From Marsupella aquatica (lineage: Eukaryota > Plantae > Marchantiophyta), in NCBI GenBank assembly GCA_973895155.1, contig OZ316898.1, forward strand, positions 20,843,292 through 20,907,291: DNA of 64,000 nucleotides, in the 5' to 3' direction. This document shows, piece by piece, positions 1 through 13,300 of this stretch. Both the position numbers and the translations under genes were made by a program. The notes under the pieces are model-generated. The model was not told where the DNA came from. It made no database searches and saw nothing but the letters and a program-made list of their open reading frames with translations. Position 1 is the first letter of the stretch. Each line of letters starts with the position of its first letter.

Positions 1-526
1 AGAAGTTGACAAAGTTGACTCAACTTCTAAGCAACTAGCAGGCCTAATGGCAGTCAATGCCTAGTCTCCATGAGATCCTATCTCGCACTTGCCCTGCAAG
101 CTCGACTCTAGCTCTCAGTGCTCAGTGCGCTCTAATCCTAGTACTCAGGTCGGGACTCCCCATGCGCCATGTAATCTTGCTTTACTGAACTAAACCAAAA
201 ATTTAAGGGGGGTAATTTCATACTACTTGCCGAAGGGTCGGGGAAGACACTACCTCCCCTGCATAATCCCTGCCTAAGTACCTAACTGGTTGCGACCTTC
301 AAAATTGGTGCAGTTGACCGTTAGCAAGCTGACTCAGTTGATTGTCACCATGCTGGCGTAGTTGATTACGACCCTAATCCCTAGAACTTATTGTCAATCA
401 CTCATAACAGTCACGTTGATTGGCATCCTACCCTATGTTTGATGATCCTAACAGAGTTTCTTCCTAATCCTATCTACTGCATGTGCTGCTAATCGGCGCC
501 TAATGGCAGCTGTCCTGCCGCAAAAG

Positions 527-2223
527 TTAGCCAAAAGATGCCATTGCCCTCCTATTGTACTTTGCAGCTGAGTCACCCCCCATCTCCAACCACCCCCCCC
601 CCTTGCTATGTTTTCGGCCTTGGGTTTGTCCTCTTGTTGGGATAGGACCTCGAGCCACCTTGGTCAAAGGCATTTCCCGCCCTGTTCCCTTGGCTCGATC
701 ATCAGCAGAGTAACCCAAGATTGCAAGGCTTGGTTGTCTCGGGTTGCCTCCTCCGCCTCGTTGGAGATCTTGTCTACCTCGGCTTGCAGACATGCCACCC
801 TGTGGTTGAGGTTACCAATCATTTTAAGGTTGGTCTGATGTTGCGCCAACCACTTAATATCCTGATCCAAGGTGATGGTATTCACTTGCTGAGCAGCTTG
901 CCCAAACTGGCTGTTCAGGTCGGTTAGAATCTTAACCCAAGCCGCCAACTCCTCCTCAAGCCAAGCCATGACAGCCTTCTGCCCTTTAAGGTTCTCTTGA
1001 ACCTTAAGCAGTTCTTGATTTAGTCCATCCAATTGATCTGAGACGCAGACAAAATCCCCTTGGGTGGGTGTTTCCGCCGACTCTAGGTGCTCCACAGTCA
1101 TTTGGAGGGCCCCAATCTCATTTCCCTTGGCCATGAGTTCCTCTTGCACGAGGGTCATAAGCCGCTGATGATGCTCCAACATGAAGAAGGCTGGTTGGAA
1201 GTGGTTTGTGACCTGGCAAACTACAATCTTTGCTAGGTCCACCAAAATACGTACTCTGACTAAACCTTTGCACCAACTTGTGGGCTAAGGTTCCGGGTAC
1301 CACTTGGTACTTCTCATCCACGGTTTGAGCCAGAACATAAGGCTCCTCCATGGGTGGGACTACCGTTTCCTCAGTAGTCCGCAAGGGAGAGGGAATGGGA
1401 TCCATAGTGGGCGGTGGAATCGGAGTTGGTCGGGTTGGAGATAGCTGGGTCACAACAACAGGGGAAGGTGGCACGTGGGTGCCATTGGTCAAAATGGTCC
1501 CAAATGGGGTAGACGGGGTAGGTGGGGGAGCCGGTTGTGGCGGACTAAGAGCGCAATTTATCTGTGGTGCAGCCGGTTCATTTGCTGTACTACTAGGGGC
1601 GGGACAGGCGCAGGCCGAGGTCAAGGTTGCGGTATTCTTCCCCTTGACCTTGCGCCTTTGCTTGTACCACTCCAGGATGATCACAATGTGGCTCCCAAGG
1701 TAGGCGGGGAGGTAGGTCTTTCCGCCAATATGCAGGCCCGTCTTAGTTCGCTTAAGCTTCCCCAAGAAATGGCTGCCAAAGAACTTTAGGGTTTAAGGCC
1801 CAATTCCACTTCTTGCATTGCTCCACCTGCATAATAGTGCACAGGGAGATCTTGGATCAAGGCTCGATTATGTGTAAGGTGGTCTTGATGAAGTCAAGTT
1901 GATCGATACAGACCAGATTGATACAAGAGCCTTGCTTGTACCCGTTGTCTATTTTACCCTTGGGGTTGAAATGTCGGGGCACATAGTTACTCCTTATCCC
2001 AAATCCTTAGTTCCATCAGTACTATTCTTGTCGGCAAACGAAAGATCTGGGCTAATCGATACTCCGTGAGGGACAAGGTTTGTTCTGCCACCTTAGTAGC
2101 TAGCCGGTGTCTTGATGTCAAAGTTCTCAATGAACTCCTACCTTTCCCTTGCTCCAAAGGTGGTAGGCCACCAGGATAAATGAGCAAATATATTTGTCTA
2201 ACCAATGCTCCTTTAAATTTCAA
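527..2223 (-). pseudogene. Decayed retrotransposon-type accessory ORF (plant transposon-protein-like domain, Pro-rich linker, coiled coil)
   Basis: Joining ORFs 1987-2223, 1118-1765, 664-1245 and 527-793 across frameshifts gives LATKVAEQTLSLTEYRLAQIFRLP...GKIDNGY...YLGSHIVIILEWY, then a Pro-rich tract and a heptad-like coiled coil. The same motifs occur in the same order at 50.2-52.8 kb. Confidence 0.55.
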
Positions 2224-2782
2224 TAGTCCCTGTGGGCTGGGGACTTAAGCGTCTGCCATAGGGCCTTGGGTCCGGGTCCGAGCGTGACTAAGATCCACTT
2301 CAGAGTGGGTTATAAAGACCCGATGCTGATAATTAGGCATAACATATCCCAAATCATGTTACAGTACTTCAGGTGTCACGCCGTCATCCCGGGTGTTAAC
2401 TCCTAATTAACCTATGCCTAGCCAAATCATCATTACTAACTAACCCGTTGTCTTTACGGCAATAATTATTAGTACTACTATGGATACCTAAGATGTACAT
2501 TGTATCGATAATGCCATATTACCGTTTTTGTGATGCGCCATCAGTGTCACATTTTCCAATGCCCGGGTTTGCATAATTGCCATTGCGGCTATGTTATCCT
2601 ATGACCATGCAGTTGTTGCAGCCATGTTGTCATTGCAGCTCATTGTGGTCATGTGGTTATCTTGGCCACATTGTTGTTGCCTCATGGATGCAACCATGGG
2701 GTTATTACGGCCATGCATGCAGTATTATTCATGTTATCAGATGTGCAAGTTTAGTATAATTTATGCAGGAAATATCAAAGAG

Positions 2783-2980
2783 AAATCTAGGACAAAAGAG
2801 TGCCACGCATAAGCAAAAGTTGAGCCCAACTCCATTCCATATAAGATTGGTAATAGGTTTGGTTGAAAGTGCCCACAACCTTTTGTAAAGTGAACAACAA
2901 CAGTTTCTGCCATGTGGATGGCCCTGATCAGATCTTGGAGACAAAATACAGTGGGAATTAAACTGCCCCCAAAGTCTTGT
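2783..2980 (-). repeat. Interspersed repeat copy, inverted relative to 27770-27955
   Basis: The reverse complement aligns by eye with 27770-27955 (e.g. ccaagatctgatcag, gttcactttacaaaa, cactttcaaccaaac, gcactcttttgtcctaga). Confidence 0.75.
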
Positions 2981-3559
2981 AAATCCGCACTAACTTGTAA
3001 AGATGATCTTCTCAAGCTGCCATCCTTGGTGACTTGCTAACACTCAGAAAGCTTAGGCAGAATTTGAAATTGAAGTGGCACTCAGACTTGGTTACTGAGT
3101 TGTGCCTTGGACATGCTAGTGGTTTGAACATGGATATGTATGGTGACCAAGCAAAGGGCTGATGGGAAGTAAGTTTGTGGGTCCCACAACCTCGCACTAA
3201 ATGCACCTCCTCTGCCTCCTTGAATCTTGAAAAGAGTAAATAATTTGACAAGAAAAAAGAAAATTAACCTCCAAAAAAAGAAATTCTATACTCACTAGTA
3301 AAAAGTTTATTCCTTTTATGCTCCATGCCAAAAAAGTATTCTATGCATAGCAAATTCATGTACTCTAGTGCTTTTACTGTACCATGTACTCTAGGGCAAA
3401 GCAATTTTGGTACTCCTTTAGTCAATATAATAGTTTCAAATACACAACTGAGAGTATTGTCCACTCCTTTTCCAAGTTTGTAAATGGATGATGACCATAT
3501 TTTGGCTGGAATAAACCATTTTTGCCTATAATGGTTGATTTATAGACGACTAGCTCAAT

Positions 3560-4720
3560 ACCTATGCGTCAAACAAAATATGTTGTTACAAAAAAATAAG
3601 TCATGTTGCCAAAGATCTTGTTATGTGAAAGATGTTGTCAAGTAAAAAGATGTCATGGCGCCAAAGAGGTCATTATGTCAAAGATGTTGTCAAGTAACAA
3701 AGATGTCAAGGCGCCAAAAATGCTGTTATGTGAAAGATGTCATCAAGTAAAAAGATGTCATGGTGCCAAAGATGTTGTGATGTGAAAGAGTTGTCAAGTA
3801 AAAATTGCCGTTAAGTCAAAGATGTCGTCAAATAAAATGATGTTGTGCCCCGTGCCAAACATGTTGTTAAGTAAAAAGGAGTTAAGTACAAAATGGTTGA
3901 TAAGTAAATTGGATGTCATGAGTGAAAGATGTTGTGAACTCCCATATGAACTAAACGATGTTGTTAAGTACAAAATGTTGTTAGTAAACAATGTTAGGTT
4001 AAGTAAAGAAGTTGTTAAGTAAACGATGTAAGTTGTTGTGAAAATGGTGATGTTGTTGCGCAAAAGATGTCGCCAACAAAATATGACATATTTGTGCTAA
4101 GGAAGATATAATATTTATAGAAAAGTGAAAGAAAAACTAAGTCAAGATAAAAGTTTTTGAAGAGAATACACATGATGAGTTCCATCCCTATTTGTTGCAT
4201 TGAAGATACTATCCTTGTGTAAAACATGTCATTGCATGAAAGACATTGTAAAATTAATTATGTTTTCTGAAGACATCGTTAGAAAACATTGCTAACTAAA
4301 AGACATGATTGCGCAAAGATGTCATTAAGTAAAACATGTTATTTACTTAAAAGATGACTTTGTACAAACGATGCCAATGCGTAAAGGGTGTCATTGTGTA
4401 AAAGATATTGTATTTAATCCATCATTGCACATAAGATGACTGCTAACAACCACTACAAAAATTTCAAACACATTATATTATAGGTTTTGATAGTTCAATA
4501 CCAGTGCATCGGACAAAAGATATCATTGCGCAAGAAATATCATTTGCAAATTAAAAAAAATGTTGCGCAAAAGATGTCGTTGCATGAAAGATATCATATG
4601 CAGAAAATATGTTATTGTATAAATATATAATAAATGCAAAAGAGGTTACAATGTACAAAGTGAAAGAAAACATAGTCAACATTAAAATGTGAAGAAAATG
4701 CACATGATGAAGCTTTGGTT
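3560..4720. repeat. Degenerate AT-rich short-motif array (AAAGATGTY-type) with an internal duplication
   Basis: Many aaagatgtc/aaagatgtt motifs occur at about 20-bp spacing. The segment at about 4120-4180 resembles about 4658-4710 (aaagtgaaagaaaa...cacatgatga). Confidence 0.65.
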
Positions 4721-6029
4721 TTTTGCCCTCAATGCGTCGCTCAAAAACATATTCATTTTTTCCGAGTGTACTTGTTTTCTTGGAGCAAGTACCAAGTGGA
4801 GGGGCAAGTACAGATTGAGTTCATTGTATGTTCATTGTGTGGCACATGGGAATACAGCTCTCTATAAGTGACACTCTCACAAAGACGGATCTGATGTGCA
4901 CTAAAAAGTTTTTCCATTCCTTAATAAGTGCAAACCCCCTTAAATTTGCACTTAGTAATAAATGGCATCTCCCCCTGTGAGCAGTTGTGTGTCTCGTTAC
5001 ACCAAATGTAAATCCTTGCCCTAAATTTGGTGTTCAATTCCATAAGTCCAGGTTTTTTGTCTATTAAGAAAGGGTGTGTACTTATCAGTAAATGCAATGT
5101 CATTGGATTATGTGCCTACAGATAAGTGTACGACCTTTCTTAGTTTGAGTACAAAATGCAATTATAAAGGGTTTTGCACTTACAAAATTACAATTTAGCT
5201 AAATGATTTTCAGGTCTATTTAGCCTCAGAAAAGGTGAAAAAATGCAAACTTTGTGTAAAATGAGATGGAAGAATATGATGCCTTCTATTAAATCAAATT
5301 GGCTCTTAGGGAGTTTGCCCTTGAGAGAACCAATATATTGTACTTAGTAGAGAAGGACTACCACAGGTGAGGGATTGTATTAACAAATACATTATGTAAG
5401 GGTATGTACATTATGTAAGGGTATGTATTGGCAAGGACAATGGGAGTATGGGGGAGAATCCATTGGGTAACCAGGGAAGATTCAAAAAATATTTTTTTGT
5501 ATTCCTTACCTTTTTGCAGGTTTGGTTAATTTTTCCTTTCTATATTAAGTTTATTTGGATTTTTTTTTCTGGCACGGAAACTGCAAATGAAAAAAGGCCC
5601 AAAAAAGGGTGTAACCCTTTATTATAGTATATTTTTCTTATTATAGTTCTTGATAATTGCATTGGGCCCATGGCCCTTCCTTTTATCATTTGCACCTGTA
5701 ATTGGTGGTTTGTGATTACACCTTTTTCTAGAAAGTTGTGTGGGGTTTGCCTGGGCTGAGTGGTCTGGTAAGAGTTGATGAAATCCAGAGCTAAACGTGA
5801 CCAGTTTTTTTCAGCTGCTAAAAGTACCTAATGTAATTTCCTTCTCTCAAAAAAGTATTTGCCACTTTTGGCAAAAAATAGCAAACTTTTCTATATTCCA
5901 CTAGTTTTAACCAGAGACCCATATGGCAGAATCTAATCTCCTTAGGAATCCAGATCTCTTTTAAGGAATCTAATCTACTCAGGAGATTCCTAAGTTAAAT
6001 CTAGTGAGATCTAACAATAACACCTCCAC

Positions 6030-7945
6030 AAGAGTATACCACTTTTGCAGAAGGTATTAGACAGGGTGACTCTTTGGGCGGACCTCTTTTTGCCATTGCC
6101 CATTTTATAGCTCTTTGGACAGCACCTGCTACTCACCCCCCAATGTATTTTCCCCTTACTGTCCGATGACACCCACATTATTGGTCCCTCTGGTGAGGTT
6201 GGCTCTGCCCTCACCACCCTTTCTAACCAGTTGATGGCCCTTGGTTTGCGGGTTCAGCCCGTGAAGAGTTGTGCTTGGAGTCCAGTGGGGTTACCCTCCG
6301 ATTTGGTTCTTACGTCCAGTGGGAGGTCTTTGGGTCCTTGGCTCTCCTATCGATACACCTACCTTTTGCTCATCTTTATTGCAGATGCTCTACAGGCTGC
6401 TTTAGCCCCAGCTCCTTTGCTCTCTAAGTTGGCAGATACTTAGACAACATTTAAGGTGTTGTTGAGATGCCTCAGTCCACCCTAGGGCATCTTATCTTGC
6501 TAGGATGCATACCCCTACCGAGGATCTTCGTCTACACCTACGTACTTTGATATTTCTATTCGAGAGACTTTTGCCTCCCTATTAGGTCCTAGTTCTTTGC
6601 TCTCATCTCCATGGTTTCACCGACAACTCACACTTCCTATTTCTCAAGGAGGTTTTGGGGTTACTTCCATTGAGAGCATAGTACCTTAGGCATTTTTGGG
6701 TTTGTGGGCATCATCATTCTCTTTGTTGGTTGCTTGCTTCCTTGTTGAGGATTGACCCTTTTTACTTTCATCTCTTATGGAGGTTGAGGAGGGTTCCCTC
6801 CCATTTCAAGCTCATTTGCGAGATGCTCGGTCTTCACTACTGGTTATTGTATGCGGCATGTTACCTTCTTTTCAGGAATTTTTATCCTTGGACCCTCTCC
6901 ATCTTCAGGCTGACCTTGTTGATCGTATGCACACTTTCACCCTTTCTAGCATCCTCATTGAGGCACCTGAAATGGACTGAGCTTGGATTCTTTCTTCTGG
7001 AGGGAAAGGTGTTGGAGGGTGGCTTCAGGCCAATCCGACCATCCCTCATTTGTGAATGTTTTCAGAAGAGTTCTCCACCACCAATCGTCTTTGTCTGGGG
7101 CTACCTTAGCCTCTTCTTGTTGGTCTACCCACTTCATGCACATGTGGGAAGCCTTGTGATGTCACAGGGGTCCATCTTCTTTGATGCAGTTTGGGAGGTG
7201 AAACCATAGTTGTTCATGATGCTGCCCAAAGATGCTATTGCTCAGGTTCTCTCTGGGTCTTTGGTACGCGTGCGACAAAGGGTGATGCTCGAGCTACCCG
7301 GTCCTCCCCCATAGCGCTTGCGGGTTGATTTGACCATGGTCCATGATGGTCAACGTACTTTGGTGGATGTTGTGGTAGCAAACCCTTTGCGTCAGGACCT
7401 ATTTGAGATAGCAATGACAACGGCAAGGGCAGCGGCATCCCTTGCAACCTCGACAAAGTAGGCAAAATATGTCGCTCGAGCTTCATTTGATACCTTTTTG
7501 CCCATTGCTATTGAGATCTTTAGGCGTCTTCATCATCAATTTGATGGGCTTCTTCGACAGGCTGCTTGTGATATGCAAGGACAGATGGGTTCCTCCGGAC
7601 CCCCACTATCCATCTTGACCACACATTTTTATCAGCACATTTCATTGGCCTTATAGTGTGCCCCCGCAAACTATTTATCATCGATCCCTTACAGTGGGCG
7701 CCGTGCCCTCGCAAACGCTAGCCCCACCCCTAGAGGATATTCATGTTCGACTTGCTCATTTGGTTAGGACATTGGATGTAACCCATTAGCTCTTGTCACA
7801 CTTTCCGATGTGGACACTAGTCATTGAATTTGCACTCATGTAATGTTTGACACTTGTTTCTTTTTATTCATCATTTTTTAGGTTTACTCTTGCTTTTCTT
7901 TTTCTTGTTAGGTGTTTTTCCTCTTTGGAACTTCTTTCCTTTCTT
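6030..7945 (+). mobile_element. 5'-truncated, decayed non-LTR retrotransposon with restriction-like endonuclease (CRE-like)
   Basis: RT motifs EGIRQGDSLGGPLFAIAH and SDDTHIIGP lie at about 6050-6190. A CCHC motif CTCGKPCDVTGVHLL*CSLGG..HD lies at about 7138-7220, followed by RLE motifs RVDLTMV..TLVDVVVANP and FLPIAIE and a T-rich 3' end. Confidence 0.75.
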
Positions 7946-8957
7946 TACGAGGTCCAGTTAGAGACTGTTGAAAATTTTAAAATTCAGAGAAAATTCCACG
8001 TCAACAATTAATTCATATCCGTTGGATTTTACTTATCAATGGTGGAGATTGTGCAACGTGCCTTAACACTCGTGTGATGGTTGAAGACACTCGTGTGACA
8101 AGCGTGAAGAAAATGTCTGGTTCATGTGCAGGAATGATACACATTTTTTGATACCAAATTTAAACAGAAACTTGTTGCATAGTACTTTGGGCAATAAAAT
8201 AAGACAACAAGTCAATCTTAACCATTGATGTTTATTGATCAATGATGAAAATTGTAAAACGTGGATTGGTGCACAATAAACTCACTCGTGTAAGAATTGT
8301 CATGTGTGTGAGAATGGAAACACATGCAAGAATGGTGATGCGTGTGAGAGTTGTAACTTACACCTGTCAAGTATGTGCTAGTTGCGTGTCACTCAGAAAC
8401 TAGCAAAAAGTACTTAAATATGTGCCAATATTATGGGGCAACTAAGTTGAAGCCAAAATCAACTTGGATCTCTAAAAACTTTCAAATATTTTTGTTGTAC
8501 TCAAACAAATGGGCTGAAAATTCTCTACAAGATAGACGAAAGCTAGGGAAATCTATAAGGGAAGCTAAAGTTCGAGCTCTCCAAGTTGTGAGTAAAATGA
8601 ATTGATATTCTAATTTTGTCTTAAACCCATCTTAGTTACTTTATGCCTACTCTGACTAAGCCGACCAAATCAAAGTCAAGAAACCAAAATCTATCTGAAG
8701 CTTTGTGATTCTGCATTTACTCCTTACTTAACAAATGTGCTAAAAAACTGTTGAGAGATAAAAGGAAACTAGGAAAATATGTACATAAAGTTTGAGTTCA
8801 AACTGAGGTCAAATTTGTGAGTTCAAAATAAAACTGTACCTATACTTGAAATTAGCCCAATGTTACCCTAAGCCAACTTTCCTAAGCCGACTAAGCTTAA
8901 GTTAGGGCCAAAACAATCCAATCAGTGGGATTTATCATAAGTTGTTACTCAATCAAA

Positions 8958-9321
8958 TGTTAGGTTATGCCTCTAGTATAACCTATATACTTCCATAGTA
9001 CTAGCTAGACTTCACTATACTAGGATAGCACTAGTTTGAGTTCTAGGTTCCCATAGACCATGGGAGGGGGTATACCCAAGGGTAACACAAACTTGTGCTC
9101 ACATTTGAAGGTTCACTCGTTAGAAGACAGAGTGAGGGAGTGAGAGGAGGAGCTCTAGCACGTTGGCTATGGCGGATGTAATAGGTGTGTATTACTGGAT
9201 TTTTTTCACGGCCGTGGACGTAGCCCAGACGGGGTGAACCACGTACTTTCATTGTCGGAGTCTATGGATGTTGTTCACATGCGTTGACGTTATCTCGTTC
9301 GGTCTAGATCATATCCCAACA
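8958..9321 (+). repeat. Copia 5' LTR
   Basis: TGTTAGG...CCCAACA, followed by AT and the PBS. Confidence 0.97.
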
Positions 9322-10332
9322 ATTGGTATCAGAGCTTGGGGACCAAGATTGAAAAGCGCTTGGGGCTTATCGTGACCGATTTGTGGCATTCGGTGCGGGA
9401 TATGAGTGTGAATCATCTTCTAGGCGGAGTAACACAAACTTTGGTCTGTCCCTGTGTTGTTTAGGCGGAAGATTGCACCCAATTTGAAGTTGGGAAGAAT
9501 TTTCTTCGTGTTCGACGGGTTTTCAACGGTTTTCTTGAATGTGAGCGCAATCCGGGTTTTGCTTGTTCATTTTTGTTGTTGATTTGATCCGGGGAGTTAC
9601 AAACGGGAAGAGGATCAGTTTACAACGAACGGGAAACATTTTGGTGGTGTGTGCGGCCACTAACTTGATTTTGAAGTTGGCTGTTAAGCTCAGGCAGCCA
9701 TAGCTGTGAACTCAAAGTGACGGTCGTACGGCCGGGTACGGGAAGGGTGACAGGGCAGAAGGGGGAGCGGCAGGGTGCTTGGGATGGTGAGGCGCAACGC
9801 AAACAGGTGTTGTCCTGTTTGTGGCAAGTGCCACAGGGCATTTCGCCCCCTGCGCAGGGCCAAACGCCCCCTGTATTTTTATTCCCTATATTCTCAATTT
9901 CCAGAACGTTAAAATTCAGCGGTAAATAAGCGATTTGGCAAGGCAAACGGATTCCGTTCTCTGAGATTTTTTGCAGGTGTGTTCACGGGGGAGTTAGGGA
10001 GGGGCCTGAAAAATAGGTTTAGGAAACTGAGGTGCATGGAATTTTTATTAAAAAGATTCCTTGAGGGGGTCCGAAATGACATTTTGACCCCCTTACGATC
10101 AGCGGTTAATAACTCTCGGCTCGAGTGTCCGTTTGCGGAGCTGTTTGGCGTTCTGGAAAGGTTATCTTCCAGGCTACAGGAAGGTGAAGTCAGTTATTGA
10201 TTTAGATCACTTTCATTTTTTGGTGATTTTTTGGGTGAGGCTGCTTGGAGGGTCCGATATGGTTTGGCAGCCTTACAAGCACCTTGGTAGCTTACATTGA
10301 ATACATTGCATGTAAGAGTAGGGAACATTGTC

Positions 10333-13300
10333 ATGGCATCCTGGAAGGTGACCAGTGCAAATTATGAAGTGGAGAAATTCACCGGGCGCAATAACTTCAC
10401 GTTATGGAAAGTACAAATGAAGGACGTTCTTGTTTCCCAGGGCTTGGGTTCAGCATTCAGCACCAAGCCATCCTCCATGACTGATGAGGAGTGGGAAGAC
10501 ATTGGCAATCGTGCTCTTAGTTTGATTAGGCTCCACTTGGCACCTGAAGTTTTACTTCAGGTTATGACGGAGGACACAGTTACAAAGCTGTGGGATCGAC
10601 TGAAGCTGATGTATGAGAAGAAGTCGTTGACAAATCGACTATACACAAGCTTGAAGTTGATGAACTTCAAGATGGCTGAAGGTAAAACTATGCACCAACA
10701 TATTGATGGTTTTAATTTAATCGTTGCAGAGCTGGCAAGTCTCAATGAGAAGGTGGAGGATGAGAAAAAGGCCCTTCATTTGCTTACTTCCTTGCCACGC
10801 TCATATGAGAACTTGGTCCAGACAATCTTGTATGGCAAGACAACGTTGACCTATGATGAGACAGTGAACACTCTGCTGTCAGACGAAATGCAAAAGAAGA
10901 TACACAACGGTTCTTCTTCTTCATCTAGATCAGCACTAGCAGTTACCAGGGGCAGGTCACGAGAGCGTTTTACAGGCTCCTTTGGTAAAACCAAGGCTAG
11001 ATCGAAGTCACGTGACTCGAAGGGTGTTGAGTGCTGAAAATGTGGTCAGAAGGGCCACATTAAAAGGAATTGCAGGAGTGGTGGTAGCATTCAAAGTCAA
11101 GCGAGGTTTGTTACTACTGATGATGATGTTGGTTTTGCCTTATGTACCAATTCCCAAGGTGGGGGACCGGAGTGGATTTTAGATTCTGCATGTTCCTTTC
11201 ATATGTGCCATGACAAGGAGGTCTTTTGCACCTATGAGCCAAAATCAGGGAACATCTTGATGGGGAATGATCAACCCTGTCAAGTCATTGGCATAGGTAC
11301 AGTGCGCATTCAAATGTTTGATGGAATTGTGTGTACGTTGACGAACGTTCGTCACATTCCAGATTTGAAGCGGCATTTGATCTCTTTGGGAGCATTGGAC
11401 ACATCTGGTTGTCAATGGAGTACAACCAATAGAGTTTTGAGGGTCACACATGGTCCTCTAGCGACGATGGAAGGTAAGAAGCAGGGTAATCTATATATCC
11501 TGGTAGGCACCACAATTCTTGGTAGTGCCAATGCAGTTTCATCGGAGGTGGATCAGACACGATTGTGGCATGCACGATTAGGTCACATGAGTGAGAAAGG
11601 GCTGAATGTGTTGTGCAATCAGAATCTCTTGCCAGGTGCAAAATCGTGCAAGTTGGGATTTTGTCAGCACTGTGTCCTTGGTAAGCAGCATCGTGTAAGT
11701 TTCTCAGCAACCAGTTATACCTCTAAAGATATTTTGGATTACATTCATTATGATCTGTGGGAATCACCTGAGCTCTCAATGTCAGGAATGAAGTATTACA
11801 TATCTTTTATTGATGATTATTCGAGGATGATCTGGGTGTACTTTATGCATGAGAAGTCTAAGGTGTTCTCAATCTTCAAGAAGTGGAAGATGCAGGTTGA
11901 GACACAAACAGGGAAGAAGGTGAAAATTTTTCATTCAGACAATGGAGGTGAGTATATCTCTAATGAGTTTCATCTCTATTTAGAGCGTGAAGGCATTACC
12001 CGACATTTGACCAATACATATACTCCTCAACAGAATGGTGTTTCTGAGAGGCTGAACAGGACACTATTGGAGAGGTATAGTTCTAGTATGTTAAGCCAAG
12101 CAGGTCTATCGAAGATCTTTTGGGCTGAAGCTGTCAACACAGCAGCTTACCTGCTAACATTGTCTCCAGTTAGCAGTATTGGTCTTAAGACTCCGTTTGA
12201 GATGTGGCACAAGAGACCTGCAGATTACACGAGGTTGCGTGTGTTTGGATGTGAGGCATATGCGTTGTAGCCTCCAGTTTCACGGAATAAGCTTGACCCA
12301 AAGTCTGTGAAATGTGTGTTGCTTGGCTACCAGAAGGGAGTAAAAGGGTATCGTCTTTGGGACCCAGAGGCGCAGAAGTTGGTAGTCAGCAAGGATATTA
12401 CCTTCAATGAAGGTCCATCATTGAAGGAGGGGAAAGAAATGCCACATAGTCCTGATGTTGACACGATTGAGGGAGAGATTGAGCATGAGTATGCTCATGG
12501 ACCAACACCAGCACCGACGGTACCATTGGCTCCAGTACCAACAGCTATAGTTAGTGGAGAATCAGTTGCTCCTGGTGTGGATGAGTCATCTAGGCGGTCA
12601 TCTTCACGGCCAGTGCAAGCTCCAAAAAGGTATGGTACATGGTTTCCCTCAGACCAGTTGGAGAGTGATGATGATATTGATGATTCTGGAGCCGTTATGT
12701 TTACAGAAGATGGTGATCCATCTACATATGGTGAAGCCATGTCTTCTATGGATAAAGCACAATGGAGTGCTGCCATGCAAACAGAGATGCAATCACTGCA
12801 TAAAAATAAGACTTGGGAGTTGGTTGAGCTTCCTGAAGGTAAACAGGTCATTGACAGCAAGTGGGTGTTCAAGAAGAAGGATGGCACTTCTGAACATGCA
12901 GAGAAGATCTACAAGGTCAGGCTTGTGGCCAAGGGATTCACCCAAAGGAAGGGTGTAGACTATAATGAGGTCTTCTCACCAGTAGTAGCAATGGCTACTT
13001 TGCGCTTGATTATGGCATTGGTTGTTCTGTTTGATCTGTGCATGGAGTAGATGGATGTAGTCACAGCTTTTTTGTATGGACTACTAGATGAATTGATATT
13101 CATGAGGCAGCCACAAGGATTTGTGGCTAAGGGTAGGGAGCACTTGGTGTGTAAGCTGTTGAAGTCGCTTTACGGTCTGAAACAAAGTCCAAGGCAGTGG
13201 AACAAGAGGTTTTATACCTTTATGTTGTCATTGGGCTTTGTTCAGAGTGAATATGACTGTTGTGTCTACATGAAGAAGGTAAGCAATGCAGTGTTTGGTT

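Noticed and set aside
9043-9252. Duplicated small ORF MKVRGSPRLG.. (also at 14730-14951)
   Set aside because: An antisense ORF inside the two Copia LTRs; the duplication only reflects LTR identity.
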